Counted from the first letter of the stretch, positions 48,812-59,425 are shown. The stretch is DNA of 64,000 bases from Gemmatimonadota bacterium (GCA_039588295.1 JBDHAB010000021.1:22947-86946); one strand, 5' to 3'. The notes: generated from the letters alone by a model not told the origin. Made by a program: numbers and translations.

Positions 48812-50341
48812 TCAGCGGGCGGACCCCCACCCTCCACCTCCCGGCGTCTCGATCGTGAGCACATCCCCAGGAACCATCCGAAACTCGGCGCGCCCCGCCA
48901 CGTCTCGTCCGTTGAGCGTGTTCCGGCCCGGGACACCGTCTTCACCACCGGCAACACCGCGCGGCACGTGTCTCCGACGCTCGCCGATGAGACTCACGTC
49001 CACGTCATCGAGTGATTCGTAACTGCGGATCACACCGGCCCCGCCGGGCCACGCGCCGGCACCGCCACTGTCCGCTCGCAGTCCGTACCGCACGATACGA
49101 AGCGGGTGCTCGAGCTCAAACACCTCGATTGGCGTATTTCGGGTGTTCGACATGCCCACGTGGACTCCCGATGGGCCGGGACCGGTCTGCGATGCGCCTT
49201 GTCCGCCGCCGAGCGTCTCGTAGTAGGTCCATCCAGCCCCACCAAACACGACGTTGTTCATCGTTCCCTGACCCTGCGCCGGAACCGCCGCCGCGCCAGC
49301 CAGCGCGAGAAACATCGTGTCCACGATGCGCTGCGACGTCTCCACGTTTCCCGCGGCAACCGCTCGAGGCCTCGGCGCATTCACGATGGTGCCGGCCGGC
49401 GCGTGCACCGTTACGGCGCGGTGGAGTCCACCGTTGTTGGGAATGTCCTCTCCCACCAGGCAGCGAACGACGAACAGCACGGCGGATCGCGTGACGGCGA
49501 TGGGGCAGTTCACGTTGCCGAGTGCAGCCGACGCACTGCCGGCAAAGTCCACAACGAGGGAACCGTCCCTCACGTCGATGGCCACGCGAATCACGACGTC
49601 GTCAGTGGAAACTCCGTCACCTTCCAGGTAGTCCGTCGCTTCGTAACGCCCCGCACGAACCTGCGCGCCGAGTGCGGCACGTGTGCGGCGTTCCACATAG
49701 TCCAAGAGATCGTGTGACGCCCCGTCGATGTGGGCACGGCCATGTCGGTGCACCAACTCCCGAAACCGGAGCGCGCCACGTTCACACGCGGCGAGCTGCG
49801 CGGCCAGGTCACCACGGCGGATCTCGGGGGTCCGTACGTTGGCGAGCAAGAGTCGCACGAGATCTTCGTGCACGACCCCCCGCGTGGCCCATCGAACCGG
49901 GGGTATGATGAGACCTTCCTCGTAGACCTCCGTGGAGTGCGGCGGCATGCTCCCAGGGCGCGAGCCACCTACATCCGAATGATGGGCCCGGACGACGGTG
50001 AACCCGCCGACGAGACCGTCGAGGTCGATGGCGTGCACGAAGGTGATATCCGGAAGGTGCGTGCCCCCGGTGTACGGGTCGTTGAGGATGAACGTGTCGC
50101 CCGGATTCGGCTCCAGGGCGCGAACTGCTGCGACGGCTTCCGGCATCGCCCCCAGATGGACGGGGATGTGCGCGGCCTGCGCGAGCATCTCACCCGCACG
50201 ACTAAAGAGGGCGGCAGACGAATCACGGCGCTCCCGCACATTCGGCGAACGGGCGCTCGCCACCAACACCCCACCCATCTCCTCGGCGATCCCTGCGAAT
50301 GCGTGGGCCATGACTTCAAGGCCGATGGCGTCGAGGGTCAC
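48812..50341 (-). CDS. Hydantoinase B/oxoprolinase family subunit
   Basis: HIPVHLG, NDPYTGGTHLPD, AHHSDVGG, TPGGGGWG. Confidence 0.92.
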   Translation of the reverse strand: MTLDAIGLEVMAHAFAGIAEEMGGVLVASARSPNVRERRDSSAALFSRAGEMLAQAAHIPVHLGAMPEAVAAVRALEPNPGDTFILNDPYTGGTHLPDITFVHAIDLDGLVGGFTVVRAHHSDVGGSRPGSMPPHSTEVYEEGLIIPPVRWATRGVVHEDLVRLLLANVRTPEIRRGDLAAQLAACERGALRFRELVHRHGRAHIDGASHDLLDYVERRTRAALGAQVRAGRYEATDYLEGDGVSTDDVVIRVAIDVRDGSLVVDFAGSASAALGNVNCPIAVTRSAVLFVVRCLVGEDIPNNGGLHRAVTVHAPAGTIVNAPRPRAVAAGNVETSQRIVDTMFLALAGAAAVPAQGQGTMNNVVFGGAGWTYYETLGGGQGASQTGPGPSGVHVGMSNTRNTPIEVFELEHPLRIVRYGLRADSGGAGAWPGGAGVIRSYESLDDVDVSLIGERRRHVPRGVAGGEDGVPGRNTLNGRDVAGRAEFRMVPGDVLTIETPGGGGWGSAR

Positions 50342-52281
50342 GCGTGCTCCAGGACGACCGCTCCGGTCGCGTGCACCGTCCCTATCCAGTCGGGTTCGAT
50401 GCGCACGGTGCAGTCGGGCGCATCGAGCATGAACGGACCTGAGAGCTTGACGCCCTCACTCACCTCGGGCAGGTACGCGCGATCCGTTCCAGCATGCAGC
50501 GCAGGCCGGTGTTGTCGTGCAGCCAGGCGCACCGGTACCTCTTCACGAACCGCAAGCACGCGGAGGTTGACGATTTCTACCGGTCCTGAAACGTTGGCAT
50601 GGCCATATCGGTCGCGATGCGAGTCGTGGAAGGAGCCGGCCAGAGCCGCCGTTCCGCCAAGGGCGGACACGGTGAGTTCGTAGCCTTGCCCCGGGTACCG
50701 GCAATCGCACAAACGGTGCGCGGCCGCCCCGTCGAGTTCATCGAGCGCTGCCCGCTCCAATAGGGCAAACGCCTCGCCCAATTCGTCATCGCTCGTGTCG
50801 TCAACGCGACGGTGGAACGAGAACATCCGCTCGAGCTTCGCGGGTGCCGCCGCGAGCCCGAGGGCCGACAGCACCCCGGCATTCGGCGGCACCAACGCTC
50901 GGCGAATCCCCAGGCTATCCGCTAGCCGACAGGCGAACATCGGGCCGGCTCCACCGAAGGCCACCAAGGTGAGCTCACGCGGGTCGATGCCCCGCTCGAC
51001 ACTCACCCTCCTGAGCGCGCGCACCATGGTGGCGGTGGCGATCTCGACGATGCCCTCCGCGCAGCGCCGAGTAGACAGTCCCGCAACGCCGGCGAGCTGC
51101 GTCACGGCCCGTTCGGCACGAGCCGGGTCGAGTCGTACCTCGTCTGCGAGTGGGCGCGACGGATCGAGCCAACCGAGCACGAGCGCCGCGTCGGTCACCG
51201 TCGCGTCGGTTCCGCCGAAACCATAACACGCCGGTCCGGGCTCGGCGCCGGCGCTCTGCGGACCGACCCGAAGCGCACCGCCCCGATCGACCCACGCGAG
51301 ACTCCCCCCTCCGGCACCGACCGTCTCGATGAGCACGTGTGGCAGGGCGATCGGCATGCCGCCGACCGTCCCCGCCTGCTGCATGAGTGGTCGACCGTTC
51401 GTAACCACACTGGCATCGGCACTCGTGCCGCCCATGTCGATGGTCAGGAGATCCTCACTTCCCAGCTGCGACGCAATCCGGCGGGCACCTTCCACACCAC
51501 CCGCTGGTCCTGAGAGCGCGAGCGCCGCGGCATGGTGCTGCGCGTGCGCCAGACTGAGGGTGCCGCCGTTAGACGCCATGACGCGGAAATCCTCAAAGCC
51601 AAGGTCGCCCGCGCGGCGGGCCATGCGATCCAGATACCCCGTCACGACGGGTCGGAGGTATGCCTCGACCAGAGTCGTACTCGTTCGCTCATGTTCGCGG
51701 AATACGGGCAGCACGTCGTAGCTCGCGACTGTCGGGACCCCAGGAAGCCGGTCTGTGATCGCTCGCAGGAGTTGCCGTTCGTGCCGCGGGTCCCGGAAGC
51801 TGAAGAGCAGTGAGATGGCAACGGCATCCGGCGCGCGCGACTCGACCTCGGCCGCCACCCGTTCGACCTCCTCAGGCCTGAGCTCCTGCACGACCCCCGT
51901 GGCCCCGATCCGCTCCCGGACCCCGATCACGTGGTCGCGCGCCACCGGCGGCGCTGGGTGATCGCGAGTGAGATCGTAGAGATCGGCGCGGTCCTGCCGA
52001 CGGAGCCAGAGCAGATCTTCGAAGCCGGCGGTCGTGACGAGCACCGTGCGCCCTCCACTTCGCTCGAGCAGCGCGTTCGTCGCGACGGTCGTGCCATGAA
52101 TCAGGAACGCTCGAGCCGCCTCGCCCGTCTCATCGCGTCGGAACCCGTCCAGGGCGGACCATGCCGACTCGGGCAGCTCTTCCGGCCCGGACCGGACTTT
52201 GCCCACCGACACCTCGCCGGTCGGCGATACGGCTACGACGTCGGTGAACGTGCCTCCGACGTCTACGCCGAGCCTCGTCAC
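50338..52281 (-). CDS. Hydantoinase A/oxoprolinase family subunit
   Basis: GVDVGGTFTD, HGTTVATN, SGPAGG, DMGGTS, GAGGGS; GTG at 52281. Confidence 0.92.
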   Translation of the reverse strand: MTRLGVDVGGTFTDVVAVSPTGEVSVGKVRSGPEELPESAWSALDGFRRDETGEAARAFLIHGTTVATNALLERSGGRTVLVTTAGFEDLLWLRRQDRADLYDLTRDHPAPPVARDHVIGVRERIGATGVVQELRPEEVERVAAEVESRAPDAVAISLLFSFRDPRHERQLLRAITDRLPGVPTVASYDVLPVFREHERTSTTLVEAYLRPVVTGYLDRMARRAGDLGFEDFRVMASNGGTLSLAHAQHHAAALALSGPAGGVEGARRIASQLGSEDLLTIDMGGTSADASVVTNGRPLMQQAGTVGGMPIALPHVLIETVGAGGGSLAWVDRGGALRVGPQSAGAEPGPACYGFGGTDATVTDAALVLGWLDPSRPLADEVRLDPARAERAVTQLAGVAGLSTRRCAEGIVEIATATMVRALRRVSVERGIDPRELTLVAFGGAGPMFACRLADSLGIRRALVPPNAGVLSALGLAAAPAKLERMFSFHRRVDDTSDDELGEAFALLERAALDELDGAAAHRLCDCRYPGQGYELTVSALGGTAALAGSFHDSHRDRYGHANVSGPVEIVNLRVLAVREEVPVRLAARQHRPALHAGTDRAYLPEVSEGVKLSGPFMLDAPDCTVRIEPDWIGTVHATGAVVLEHA

Positions 52282-53804
52282 GGTCGGCGCCAGGCCGCGT
52301 ACGCTACGAGGCCCGCGGCGAGCAGCAGTGTCACAGTGCCAACCCAGTCGCCCATGCGGGCGTAGAACGAAATGGTGTCGCTGGTCGTGAGCCGGCCCGT
52401 CACGTGGGTTTGCCGGTACAGTCCCGTCTGGTGCGACACGTCGCCCAGCGGGCCCACGAAGCCCGAGATCCCGCTGTTCGCCGCCCGGGCGATGCCAACC
52501 CGGTTCTCGATCGCCCGCATCACCAGGTGCGCCGCATGCTGGTACGGGGCACTGGTGCGGCCGAACCATGCATCGTTCGTGATATTGACGACAAAACCGG
52601 CCCCATGCATCCGATAGTATCGGGTGAGATCCTCAAAGGCGGACTCGTAGCAGATGAGCACGCCGAACCGACCGATGCCCACCTCATACACCGGTCGCTC
52701 CCGCCCGGCGGCGAAGCCTCCGAAGTACCGGAGCTTGAACCACCGCGGATTGAGAAACGGAACCCGCTCGGTGACCGGAACCAGGTACTGTTTGTGGTAC
52801 ACGGGCTGGTCGTCCCGGCCGAGCGAATCAAACAAGAACGCCGAGTTGAAATACGCGTAGTCTCCGTCTTCCGCGTACATGAGGTGCACGCCACCGACCA
52901 ATTGCGGGGTTCGCGTTGTGCGCGCCGACGCGGCGATGGCGCGGCGAAGCCGTGGGAACTGCCGGAAATTGCCCGGTACCGATGCCTCGGGCCAGACAAC
53001 CAGATCGGGATCACCCTCCTCGATCGCGCGATTGGACAGGTCGAGCAGTCCGCGCATGATCGTATCGCGCTGCCCCCGACCCCACGTGTCAGGAAACACG
53101 ACATTGGGCTGCAACAGAGCAACGTCGCCCACCGGTCGAATCGTGAGTGATCGCTCTCGCAACACGCCGTACGCGACGGCGACCACGATGCCGAGGCCAA
53201 CCGTGCCCGCCATCGCCACCGCCCGCGAGCGTTCGCGCCGCCGCCGCCACGCGAGTGCGAGCACCGTATTCGCTAACACCAACAGCAACGTGACCCCCCG
53301 TGCCCCGATGACATCGGCGATCTGAACCGCGGTCGGGTACCCGGTCAGCGACGTTCCCAGGCCCAACCACGGGAACCGAAGGTCCCCTTGGTGACCGACC
53401 ATCCACTCGACGGCGGTCCAACACACGGGAAACGAGAGCGCGAGACTGAGGCTGGTCCGCCGACTCACCCATCCGGTCACGGCGAAGACCCCCGCGCTGT
53501 ACACCCCAAGCACGGTGATGGTCGCGGCGTATCCCAGCGCGGACAGCGGCGTCAAGTGCCATAGTGCCACGATCATCCAGAACAGGGTGAGCGCATTCGT
53601 GAGCAGCCCGAACCAGAACCCTTGAACCAGATGGCGCCGCAGCGGTCGTGGATCGTCTGCACCATCCACGATGAGCCACACGGCCGGTACGAGGCAGATC
53701 AGGGAGGGAAGGAACAGATGAAACGGGGGGTAGGCGGCGCACAGGAGCACGGCTCCACCAACGATCAGCGGCCAGTCACCCCGCGGCAGCGCGAGGTATC
53801 TCAC
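52278..53804 (-). CDS. lnt: Apolipoprotein N-acyltransferase
   Basis: FPW..LG, WPEA, KQYLVP, ICYES, TNDAWFG, RAIENR; GTG at 53804. Confidence 0.93.
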   Translation of the reverse strand: MRYLALPRGDWPLIVGGAVLLCAAYPPFHLFLPSLICLVPAVWLIVDGADDPRPLRRHLVQGFWFGLLTNALTLFWMIVALWHLTPLSALGYAATITVLGVYSAGVFAVTGWVSRRTSLSLALSFPVCWTAVEWMVGHQGDLRFPWLGLGTSLTGYPTAVQIADVIGARGVTLLLVLANTVLALAWRRRRERSRAVAMAGTVGLGIVVAVAYGVLRERSLTIRPVGDVALLQPNVVFPDTWGRGQRDTIMRGLLDLSNRAIEEGDPDLVVWPEASVPGNFRQFPRLRRAIAASARTTRTPQLVGGVHLMYAEDGDYAYFNSAFLFDSLGRDDQPVYHKQYLVPVTERVPFLNPRWFKLRYFGGFAAGRERPVYEVGIGRFGVLICYESAFEDLTRYYRMHGAGFVVNITNDAWFGRTSAPYQHAAHLVMRAIENRVGIARAANSGISGFVGPLGDVSHQTGLYRQTHVTGRLTTSDTISFYARMGDWVGTVTLLLAAGLVAYAAWRRP

Positions 53805-54811
53805 AGAGTGATTTCGCGGGCCTCGCGAGCCGAGCGGGTAATCGCGTCCATCGTCCGGTGCAGCAGGAGTTGCTCGCTCAGGTCCGGCGGTTCCTGTTCT
53901 CCCCGCACGGCGCCCAGGAAATGCTCCCACTCGGCCCGGTAGGAGGCGCTGAACGGATCCTCACGCTCGTCGCCACGTCCTGGAGTGACGTCTACCGGCG
54001 TGCCGTGCATCTCCTTGAACACGGTAAGCGGAGCGGTGGCCGCGGATCCGACATCGCCAACAATCTCGAGCGCGAACCGATCGTGTGGGCCAACGTGCCG
54101 CCAGGAAACGTCGACAAAGATGCAGTGCCCTTCGGTGCATTGCAGATAGGCGCTCCCAAAATCCTCGACGCCTCGATCCGTCCCCCGTTCGCTGTAGACC
54201 GCAGACACCCGTTTGGTGGCCGGACACTGCGCGAGCCACAGGGCGAGATCGACGAGCGGCAGCCCGAGGTCGAACATTGCGCCGCCGCCAGACTGCTCCC
54301 GACGTTCCCGCCATCCGGCCGGAATGCCGATCGGCCGATGAATGTGCCAGTAGCCGCGCACGCTCCGCAGCGCCCCGAGCTCACCTCCCACGAGAAAGGA
54401 GCGAATGGCTTGCATGTCGCTCCGGTATCGATGATTCAGCCCTACCATGACCGGTACCTGCGAGTTCGACTGCGCCGCCATGACCCGTTCCACACCGGCG
54501 GGTGTGAGCGCGAGCGGCCGTTCGCAAAGGACGGGAACGCCGGCCGACAGCACGCTGATGACGTGCACTTCATGGAGGTGGTTTGGGGTGCACACGACGA
54601 CGGCGTCGGGCCTGGCATAGCGCAACAGATCTTCGATGTCGTCGTAGACGTCCGGAACCTCGAACCGTCCTGCCAACGCCTGGGCCTTGGGAACGTCGGT
54701 GTCGCACAGGCCTACGATCTCTACCTCATCGATCTTGTTCAAGACCACGAGGTGGGCAACCTGCGCGATCGCCCCCGTTCCGACCACTCCGACGCGTACC
54801 ATGTCACCCAC
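53801..54811 (-). CDS. Gfo/Idh/MocA oxidoreductase
   Basis: GVVGTGAIA, CTPNHLH, CERP (usually EKP), GGGAMFDLG. Confidence 0.85.
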   Translation of the reverse strand: MGDMVRVGVVGTGAIAQVAHLVVLNKIDEVEIVGLCDTDVPKAQALAGRFEVPDVYDDIEDLLRYARPDAVVVCTPNHLHEVHVISVLSAGVPVLCERPLALTPAGVERVMAAQSNSQVPVMVGLNHRYRSDMQAIRSFLVGGELGALRSVRGYWHIHRPIGIPAGWRERREQSGGGAMFDLGLPLVDLALWLAQCPATKRVSAVYSERGTDRGVEDFGSAYLQCTEGHCIFVDVSWRHVGPHDRFALEIVGDVGSAATAPLTVFKEMHGTPVDVTPGRGDEREDPFSASYRAEWEHFLGAVRGEQEPPDLSEQLLLHRTMDAITRSAREAREITL

Positions 54812-54821
54812 ATCGGCCTCC

Positions 54822-55454
54822 CTACGGCAGCCTGTACATCAACCCGCCTCGCGCGGATACTGTCCGGAGCTCGCTGGTCAATCCTCCGCGTAGCTCGGCG
54901 AGGACCGATAACCATCGCACGATGGCCACCTCGAGCCCCACGGTGACGTTCATGCCGGCGGCGACCGTGTCCAACGCATCTTCCACGAAGGTGCCATCGA
55001 TGGCGGCACCGTCTCCGTTGCGGATGTGGGCGCTGGCACCGAGTCCGAGGTAGGGTTGCACGCGGCCCCAGCCGCCGGGAAGATACTGCAGATCGAGGAA
55101 TGCCTCGACGTCGGCCAGCGTCACCGAACCCACGTCGATGGTGAAGTCACCACTCGGATCCTGGACGACGTTGGCAAGCTTCTGCTCGAACTCCGCAATC
55201 TTCTCATCGCTGAACTCGCCCTTAAAGTACGACGCGCCAAACACGAGGCGCACCTTCGGGCCGAACGCACCATAGTCGATCCGCAGTCCGCCAACCGGCT
55301 CCGTCGTGAGGTTGTTCGAGGCAATCGCTCCGAAATCCACGCCGATCGCCGTCAGGCCGAGTCCCTCGTAGCTGAACTGCTCGAGAAACCCCTGCGCCGT
55401 CGCAGACGCTGGAAAGAGAAGGAGCAGTGTGGCGACTCTAATACCAGTATTCAA
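54822..55454 (-). CDS. Putative outer-membrane beta-barrel protein
   Basis: TTG at 55454, signal peptide ATA-Q, VQPYLGLG, terminal GLMYRLP. Confidence 0.7.
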   Translation of the reverse strand: MNTGIRVATLLLLFPASATAQGFLEQFSYEGLGLTAIGVDFGAIASNNLTTEPVGGLRIDYGAFGPKVRLVFGASYFKGEFSDEKIAEFEQKLANVVQDPSGDFTIDVGSVTLADVEAFLDLQYLPGGWGRVQPYLGLGASAHIRNGDGAAIDGTFVEDALDTVAAGMNVTVGLEVAIVRWLSVLAELRGGLTSELRTVSARGGLMYRLP

Positions 55455-56715
55455 GTTTCGTCCCCGGAAAATAGGTGGTGACGATAGTCTCGGCATCCTG
55501 TCCTCTTCGCGCCCGGCCGACTGCCCCCCACTGGCACATGCCCACGCCATGGCCCCACCCGCGTCCGTCGACGGTCAGCCGTCGTACCGCACCATCGTGT
55601 TGCTCGACCGCGATGTCGATCACGGTGCTTCCGAGCAGCCGCCCGTCCGGCGTTTGCAGCACCGATCGAATATCGGGTCCGAACACGGGAATGTCGCCTC
55701 GGGACACCCGGAGCCTGAGTTCGGTAGCCCGGTTCGACGGTCCTCGTCGATGAACCCGCACGTCTTGCACTTGATCAACCGCTTCGGCATCGATGCCGAG
55801 CGCAGCCGGCACGCTTCGCCGTAATATATGCTGCAGGTTCTCGCCCTCCCACTCGACCGTCCATCGAAATCGCGGAGAGATGTCGCAGTAGTACCCACTC
55901 GAATGTCGGTCGGAGACCGGGCGGAGGTAAGGCCGGTCGCGGACCGAGCGAAACGCTTCGGAGGGCACGGCGGTCGAAGAGCCGCAGGTCGAGTGGAAGA
56001 AGGTGGTGGCAAGCTCTCCACGGTACGTCAGGACGAGGCCGGCCGTCGCCTGGACGGCTCGGCGCCCGGCGTCGGTCTCTGCGGTGACGCCGCCGTACGC
56101 CTGATCGGCCACGCTGCCTCTGAGATCGAATCCTTCCGCCCCGAACTTCCCTCGGTTTCTGAGACTGTACGTCCGAGCAACGATGGCTTGCGCCTCGAGC
56201 GCCGCCTGCTCATCCGGTCCACGCCGACCCATCTCCGCGTTCACCACCCCAGCGAGGTAGACGTCGATGGGGAGCTCGTTCACGGCCGTGAGCGCGGTCC
56301 CACGAGCGTAGACCTCAATCACGCCGCGGTACGGCGTGTCTCCTAGGATGACGGAGCCCGACGGGTCGAGACTCACGAAGCTCAACCGCTGGTGACGACT
56401 CGTACCCGATGGCGTCGTCATGACGACGGTGCGCCCGTCAGGGCTGAGCGTGGCCTCCTCGCCGTCAGAGAGCCGGACGACCACGGACCCGGCGTCGACG
56501 GCGGCGAGACCGCCGTTCCCGGCGAGTTCGAGGTTGCTCACTCCCACTGCGAGCCCGATCCGCAGATCCGGCTCGGTTCCCCGACGGCGCACGGGCGCCG
56601 GTTTGGCACACGCGGTCAATCCGAGTGTCACGAGTACCGCGGCGGTCGCTGCGGCCCGCACCCGGATCGGCCGTGCTCCAACCGTCGGTCGGTGCCGGGG
56701 GAGTTTCGAGGTCAT
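55438..56715 (-). CDS. SpoIID/LytB domain lipoprotein
   Basis: Lipobox LTAC; YLAGVVNAEM, AQAIVARTY, DQAYGG, GWGHGVGMCQWGA. Confidence 0.9.
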   Translation of the reverse strand: MTSKLPRHRPTVGARPIRVRAAATAAVLVTLGLTACAKPAPVRRRGTEPDLRIGLAVGVSNLELAGNGGLAAVDAGSVVVRLSDGEEATLSPDGRTVVMTTPSGTSRHQRLSFVSLDPSGSVILGDTPYRGVIEVYARGTALTAVNELPIDVYLAGVVNAEMGRRGPDEQAALEAQAIVARTYSLRNRGKFGAEGFDLRGSVADQAYGGVTAETDAGRRAVQATAGLVLTYRGELATTFFHSTCGSSTAVPSEAFRSVRDRPYLRPVSDRHSSGYYCDISPRFRWTVEWEGENLQHILRRSVPAALGIDAEAVDQVQDVRVHRRGPSNRATELRLRVSRGDIPVFGPDIRSVLQTPDGRLLGSTVIDIAVEQHDGAVRRLTVDGRGWGHGVGMCQWGAVGRARRGQDAETIVTTYFPGTKLEYWY

Positions 56716-58028
56716 GCGAGCGCGGCGGCGTGGAAGTCGTAGTCGAGGTTGTCGTCGAGTCGTACCCGCAGGAATTCGCCCGCCCGTGCCCACCCACCGC
56801 GCTGCACAAAGGTCACACCATCCACGTCGTCGGCCTGCCACATGACCCTGCCGACATGCGTCGCGCCATCCTCGTCTGGATTGGCGATGCGGTCGATCAG
56901 GACCTCCGTTTCGCGTCCCACGTAGCGGTGCAACCGATCTTGCGAGATCACCCGCTGCACCTCGAGCAGCTCCTCTTGTCGCGCCCGCTTGACCTCGTCT
57001 GGAACATCGTCGGGGTACTCGGCTGCCGTGGTTCCCTCCTGCTCCGAGTACGTGAACACGCCAAGACGCTCGAACTGCATCTCCTCGGCAAACTCACAGA
57101 GGACTCGGAAATCCTCGTCCGTCTCCCCCGGAAAACCGACAATGGTCGTGGTGCGCACGGTGATGTCCGGCATGGTCGCCCGTAGCCACGCAACCTTCTC
57201 GCGGATCGTGCGGCGTCGCTCGGGGCGCCGCATTCGCTGGAGCATGCCGTCCGCCGCGTGCTGAATCGGGATGTCGATGTAGGGAACGATCCGCGGCTCG
57301 GACGCCATCAGGTCGATCAACGGCTCCGTGAGCCCGGCGGAGTAGACGTAGAGAAGGCGGAACCATCGGATGCCAGTCTCCGTCACCAGCGCTCGTAGCA
57401 GATCGGGGAGCGCTGGACCCGCACGGCCCAAATCCCGCCCGTAATGCCCCAGGTCCTGCGCCACCAAGTTGACCTCTTTGGCACCCGCGGCCTCCAACTG
57501 CTGCGCTTCGCGCACCAGCTGCGTGAGTGGCTCGGAGCGATGGCGGCCCCGCATGAGCGGAATCGCGCAGAAGGCACAGCCGTGGTCGCACCCCTCGGAG
57601 ATCTTGAGATAGCGTACGTGTGGCTGGTCCCCCAGGTACTGACGAACACCGGGGTGCTCGGCCACAGGATCCTCGATGAGCCCCCGCGCTGCCAGCTCCG
57701 GCACCAGGGTGTGGAGGTCGTGGAATCCCAGGAGGAGATCCACCTCGGGCATCTCTGCACGCAATTCCTGCTGGTATCGCTGCACGAGACAGCCGACCGC
57801 GACCACGGCCTGGACCCGACTCGACTTCTTGAGGGCCGCCGCTTCGAGTATCGCCTGGATGGACTCGGCCTTCGCGGCATCGATGAAGCCACAGGTGTTC
57901 ACGAGCACGACGTCCGCGTCATCCACTTCGTGAACGACGGTCGCCCCGTGACCCACGAGCTCGCCGACGAGCCGTTCGGAGTCCACGGTGGCTTTGTCAC
58001 AGCCTAGGGAGATGACGCCGAGTCTCAT
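56712..58028 (-). CDS. rimO: Ribosomal protein S12 methylthiotransferase
   Basis: SLGC.K..VDSE, NTCGFI, YLKISEGCDHGCAFC, IVGFPGET, TRAM domain. Confidence 0.9.
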   Translation of the reverse strand: MRLGVISLGCDKATVDSERLVGELVGHGATVVHEVDDADVVLVNTCGFIDAAKAESIQAILEAAALKKSSRVQAVVAVGCLVQRYQQELRAEMPEVDLLLGFHDLHTLVPELAARGLIEDPVAEHPGVRQYLGDQPHVRYLKISEGCDHGCAFCAIPLMRGRHRSEPLTQLVREAQQLEAAGAKEVNLVAQDLGHYGRDLGRAGPALPDLLRALVTETGIRWFRLLYVYSAGLTEPLIDLMASEPRIVPYIDIPIQHAADGMLQRMRRPERRRTIREKVAWLRATMPDITVRTTTIVGFPGETDEDFRVLCEFAEEMQFERLGVFTYSEQEGTTAAEYPDDVPDEVKRARQEELLEVQRVISQDRLHRYVGRETEVLIDRIANPDEDGATHVGRVMWQADDVDGVTFVQRGGWARAGEFLRVRLDDNLDYDFHAAALA

Positions 58029-58071
58029 GAGATCGGAAGTCTACACCGCCTCCGGCGCGTGGGAAACGGGA

Positions 58072-58107
58072 AAGGGGAAGCGCTGCAGACCACCGTCGCT
58101 TCCCCTT
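58072..58107 (-). terminator. Hairpin downstream of the sigma gene
   Basis: AAGGGGAAGCG / CGCTTCCCCTT 11-bp stem. Confidence 0.65.
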
Positions 58108-58134
58108 CACGATGACGAGCGGACCGCATACGGT

Positions 58135-58992
58135 CTACGATAGGAAGCTCTCAAGCGCCCTGGCACGACTCACGTGGCGGAGGCGGGCCAACGCTTTCTC
58201 TTTGATTTGCCGCACCCGTTCCCGAGTGATGCCCATCATGCTCCCGATTTCCTCGAGTGTCATTGGCTCTTGCCCGTCCAAGCCGAAGTAGAGCCTCAGG
58301 ATCTTGGCTTCCCGTTCCTTCAAGGTGCTGAGCACCTCCTCGATCGAGTCGGTCAGCGCGCGTTCGAAGGTCTCCTGATCGGGACCTGCATTCTGGGTGT
58401 CGGGGAGGTAGTCCAGCAGCTTGTTGTCTTCGCCAGGCGTGAGCGGCGCATCGAGGGAAAGATGACTCTGGGAGATGGAGAGCGTCTTCGCGACCTCTTC
58501 CTCTGATATATCCATCCCCTCAGCGATCTCCTCGACGGTCGGCTCCCGACCCAACTCCTGCTGCAGCGCCGAGGACCGTTTCCCGATGCGGTGGAGCGTT
58601 CCAGCGCGATTGAGCGGCACCCGGACGATTCGGCTCTGCTCGGCGAGGGCCTGCAAGATCGCTTGCCGGATCCACCACACGGCGTAAGAGATGAACTTGA
58701 TGCCCTTCGTTTCGTCGAACTTGTGCGCCGCCCGAATGAGCCCGAGGTTCCCCTCGTTGATGAGGTCACTGAGGCTCACCCCTTGATTCTGGTACTTCTT
58801 CGCGACGGAGACGACGAAACGGAGATTGCTCCGAACCAACTTGTCCAGCGACTGCTCACAGCCACGCTTGATGCTCTTTGCGAGGTCCACTTCATCCTCA
58901 CGACTGATCAGCGGGTACTGGCTGATCTCACGGAGGTATTGGTCAAGCGATCCTTCGTCGACCGCCGTCCTCCGCACGGGATTGAGTCGCAT
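58135..58992 (-). CDS. RpoD/SigA-family sigma70 factor, short form without region 1.1
   Basis: LDQYLREI, NLRFVVSVAKKY, DLINEGNLGL, KFISYAVWWIRQ, TRERVRQI. Confidence 0.93.
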   Translation of the reverse strand: MRLNPVRRTAVDEGSLDQYLREISQYPLISREDEVDLAKSIKRGCEQSLDKLVRSNLRFVVSVAKKYQNQGVSLSDLINEGNLGLIRAAHKFDETKGIKFISYAVWWIRQAILQALAEQSRIVRVPLNRAGTLHRIGKRSSALQQELGREPTVEEIAEGMDISEEEVAKTLSISQSHLSLDAPLTPGEDNKLLDYLPDTQNAGPDQETFERALTDSIEEVLSTLKEREAKILRLYFGLDGQEPMTLEEIGSMMGITRERVRQIKEKALARLRHVSRARALESFLS

Positions 58993-59173
58993 CGACGAGG
59001 TCCCTTTCTCCTCGTGGGAACCTAACGCACCACACGAAAAGCGGCGGCCGTATCTGACCGCCGCCTCAACACCCACCCCGGTCCATTCGCGGACAGGATC
59101 ACCAGCGGGAATGACCAGTACAAGAATTCGCGCAACTTTGGCTCGCCCCCGGAGATCAGCCGCATGATTTACG

Positions 59174-59425
59174 TTAGCCAGGGCCGCGAAGTGGCGCAAC
59201 CGTCACCGACCAGCCCCGCCCCGCCGCCCAAGGCCGCAGCACCGCTGCCAGTTGCACGGTTTCGCATTCATGCTCCAGCGTGGCGGCAACGCATGTGGCG
59301 CGCTCCCCATGAGCGAATTCCGCTCGGACCAGTGTCGCCACTGGGAGATCGCGCAGCGCGACCGCATCGAGCGCCGCACCACCGACACTGAGAATGACCG
59401 CGACGGACTTCTGTAGTTTCTGCAC
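59174..59425 (-). CDS. Small hypothetical protein
   Basis: 83 aa ORF with protein-like composition, co-directional with its neighbours in an otherwise empty gap. Confidence 0.45.
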   Translation of the reverse strand: MQKLQKSVAVILSVGGAALDAVALRDLPVATLVRAEFAHGERATCVAATLEHECETVQLAAVLRPWAAGRGWSVTVAPLRGPG

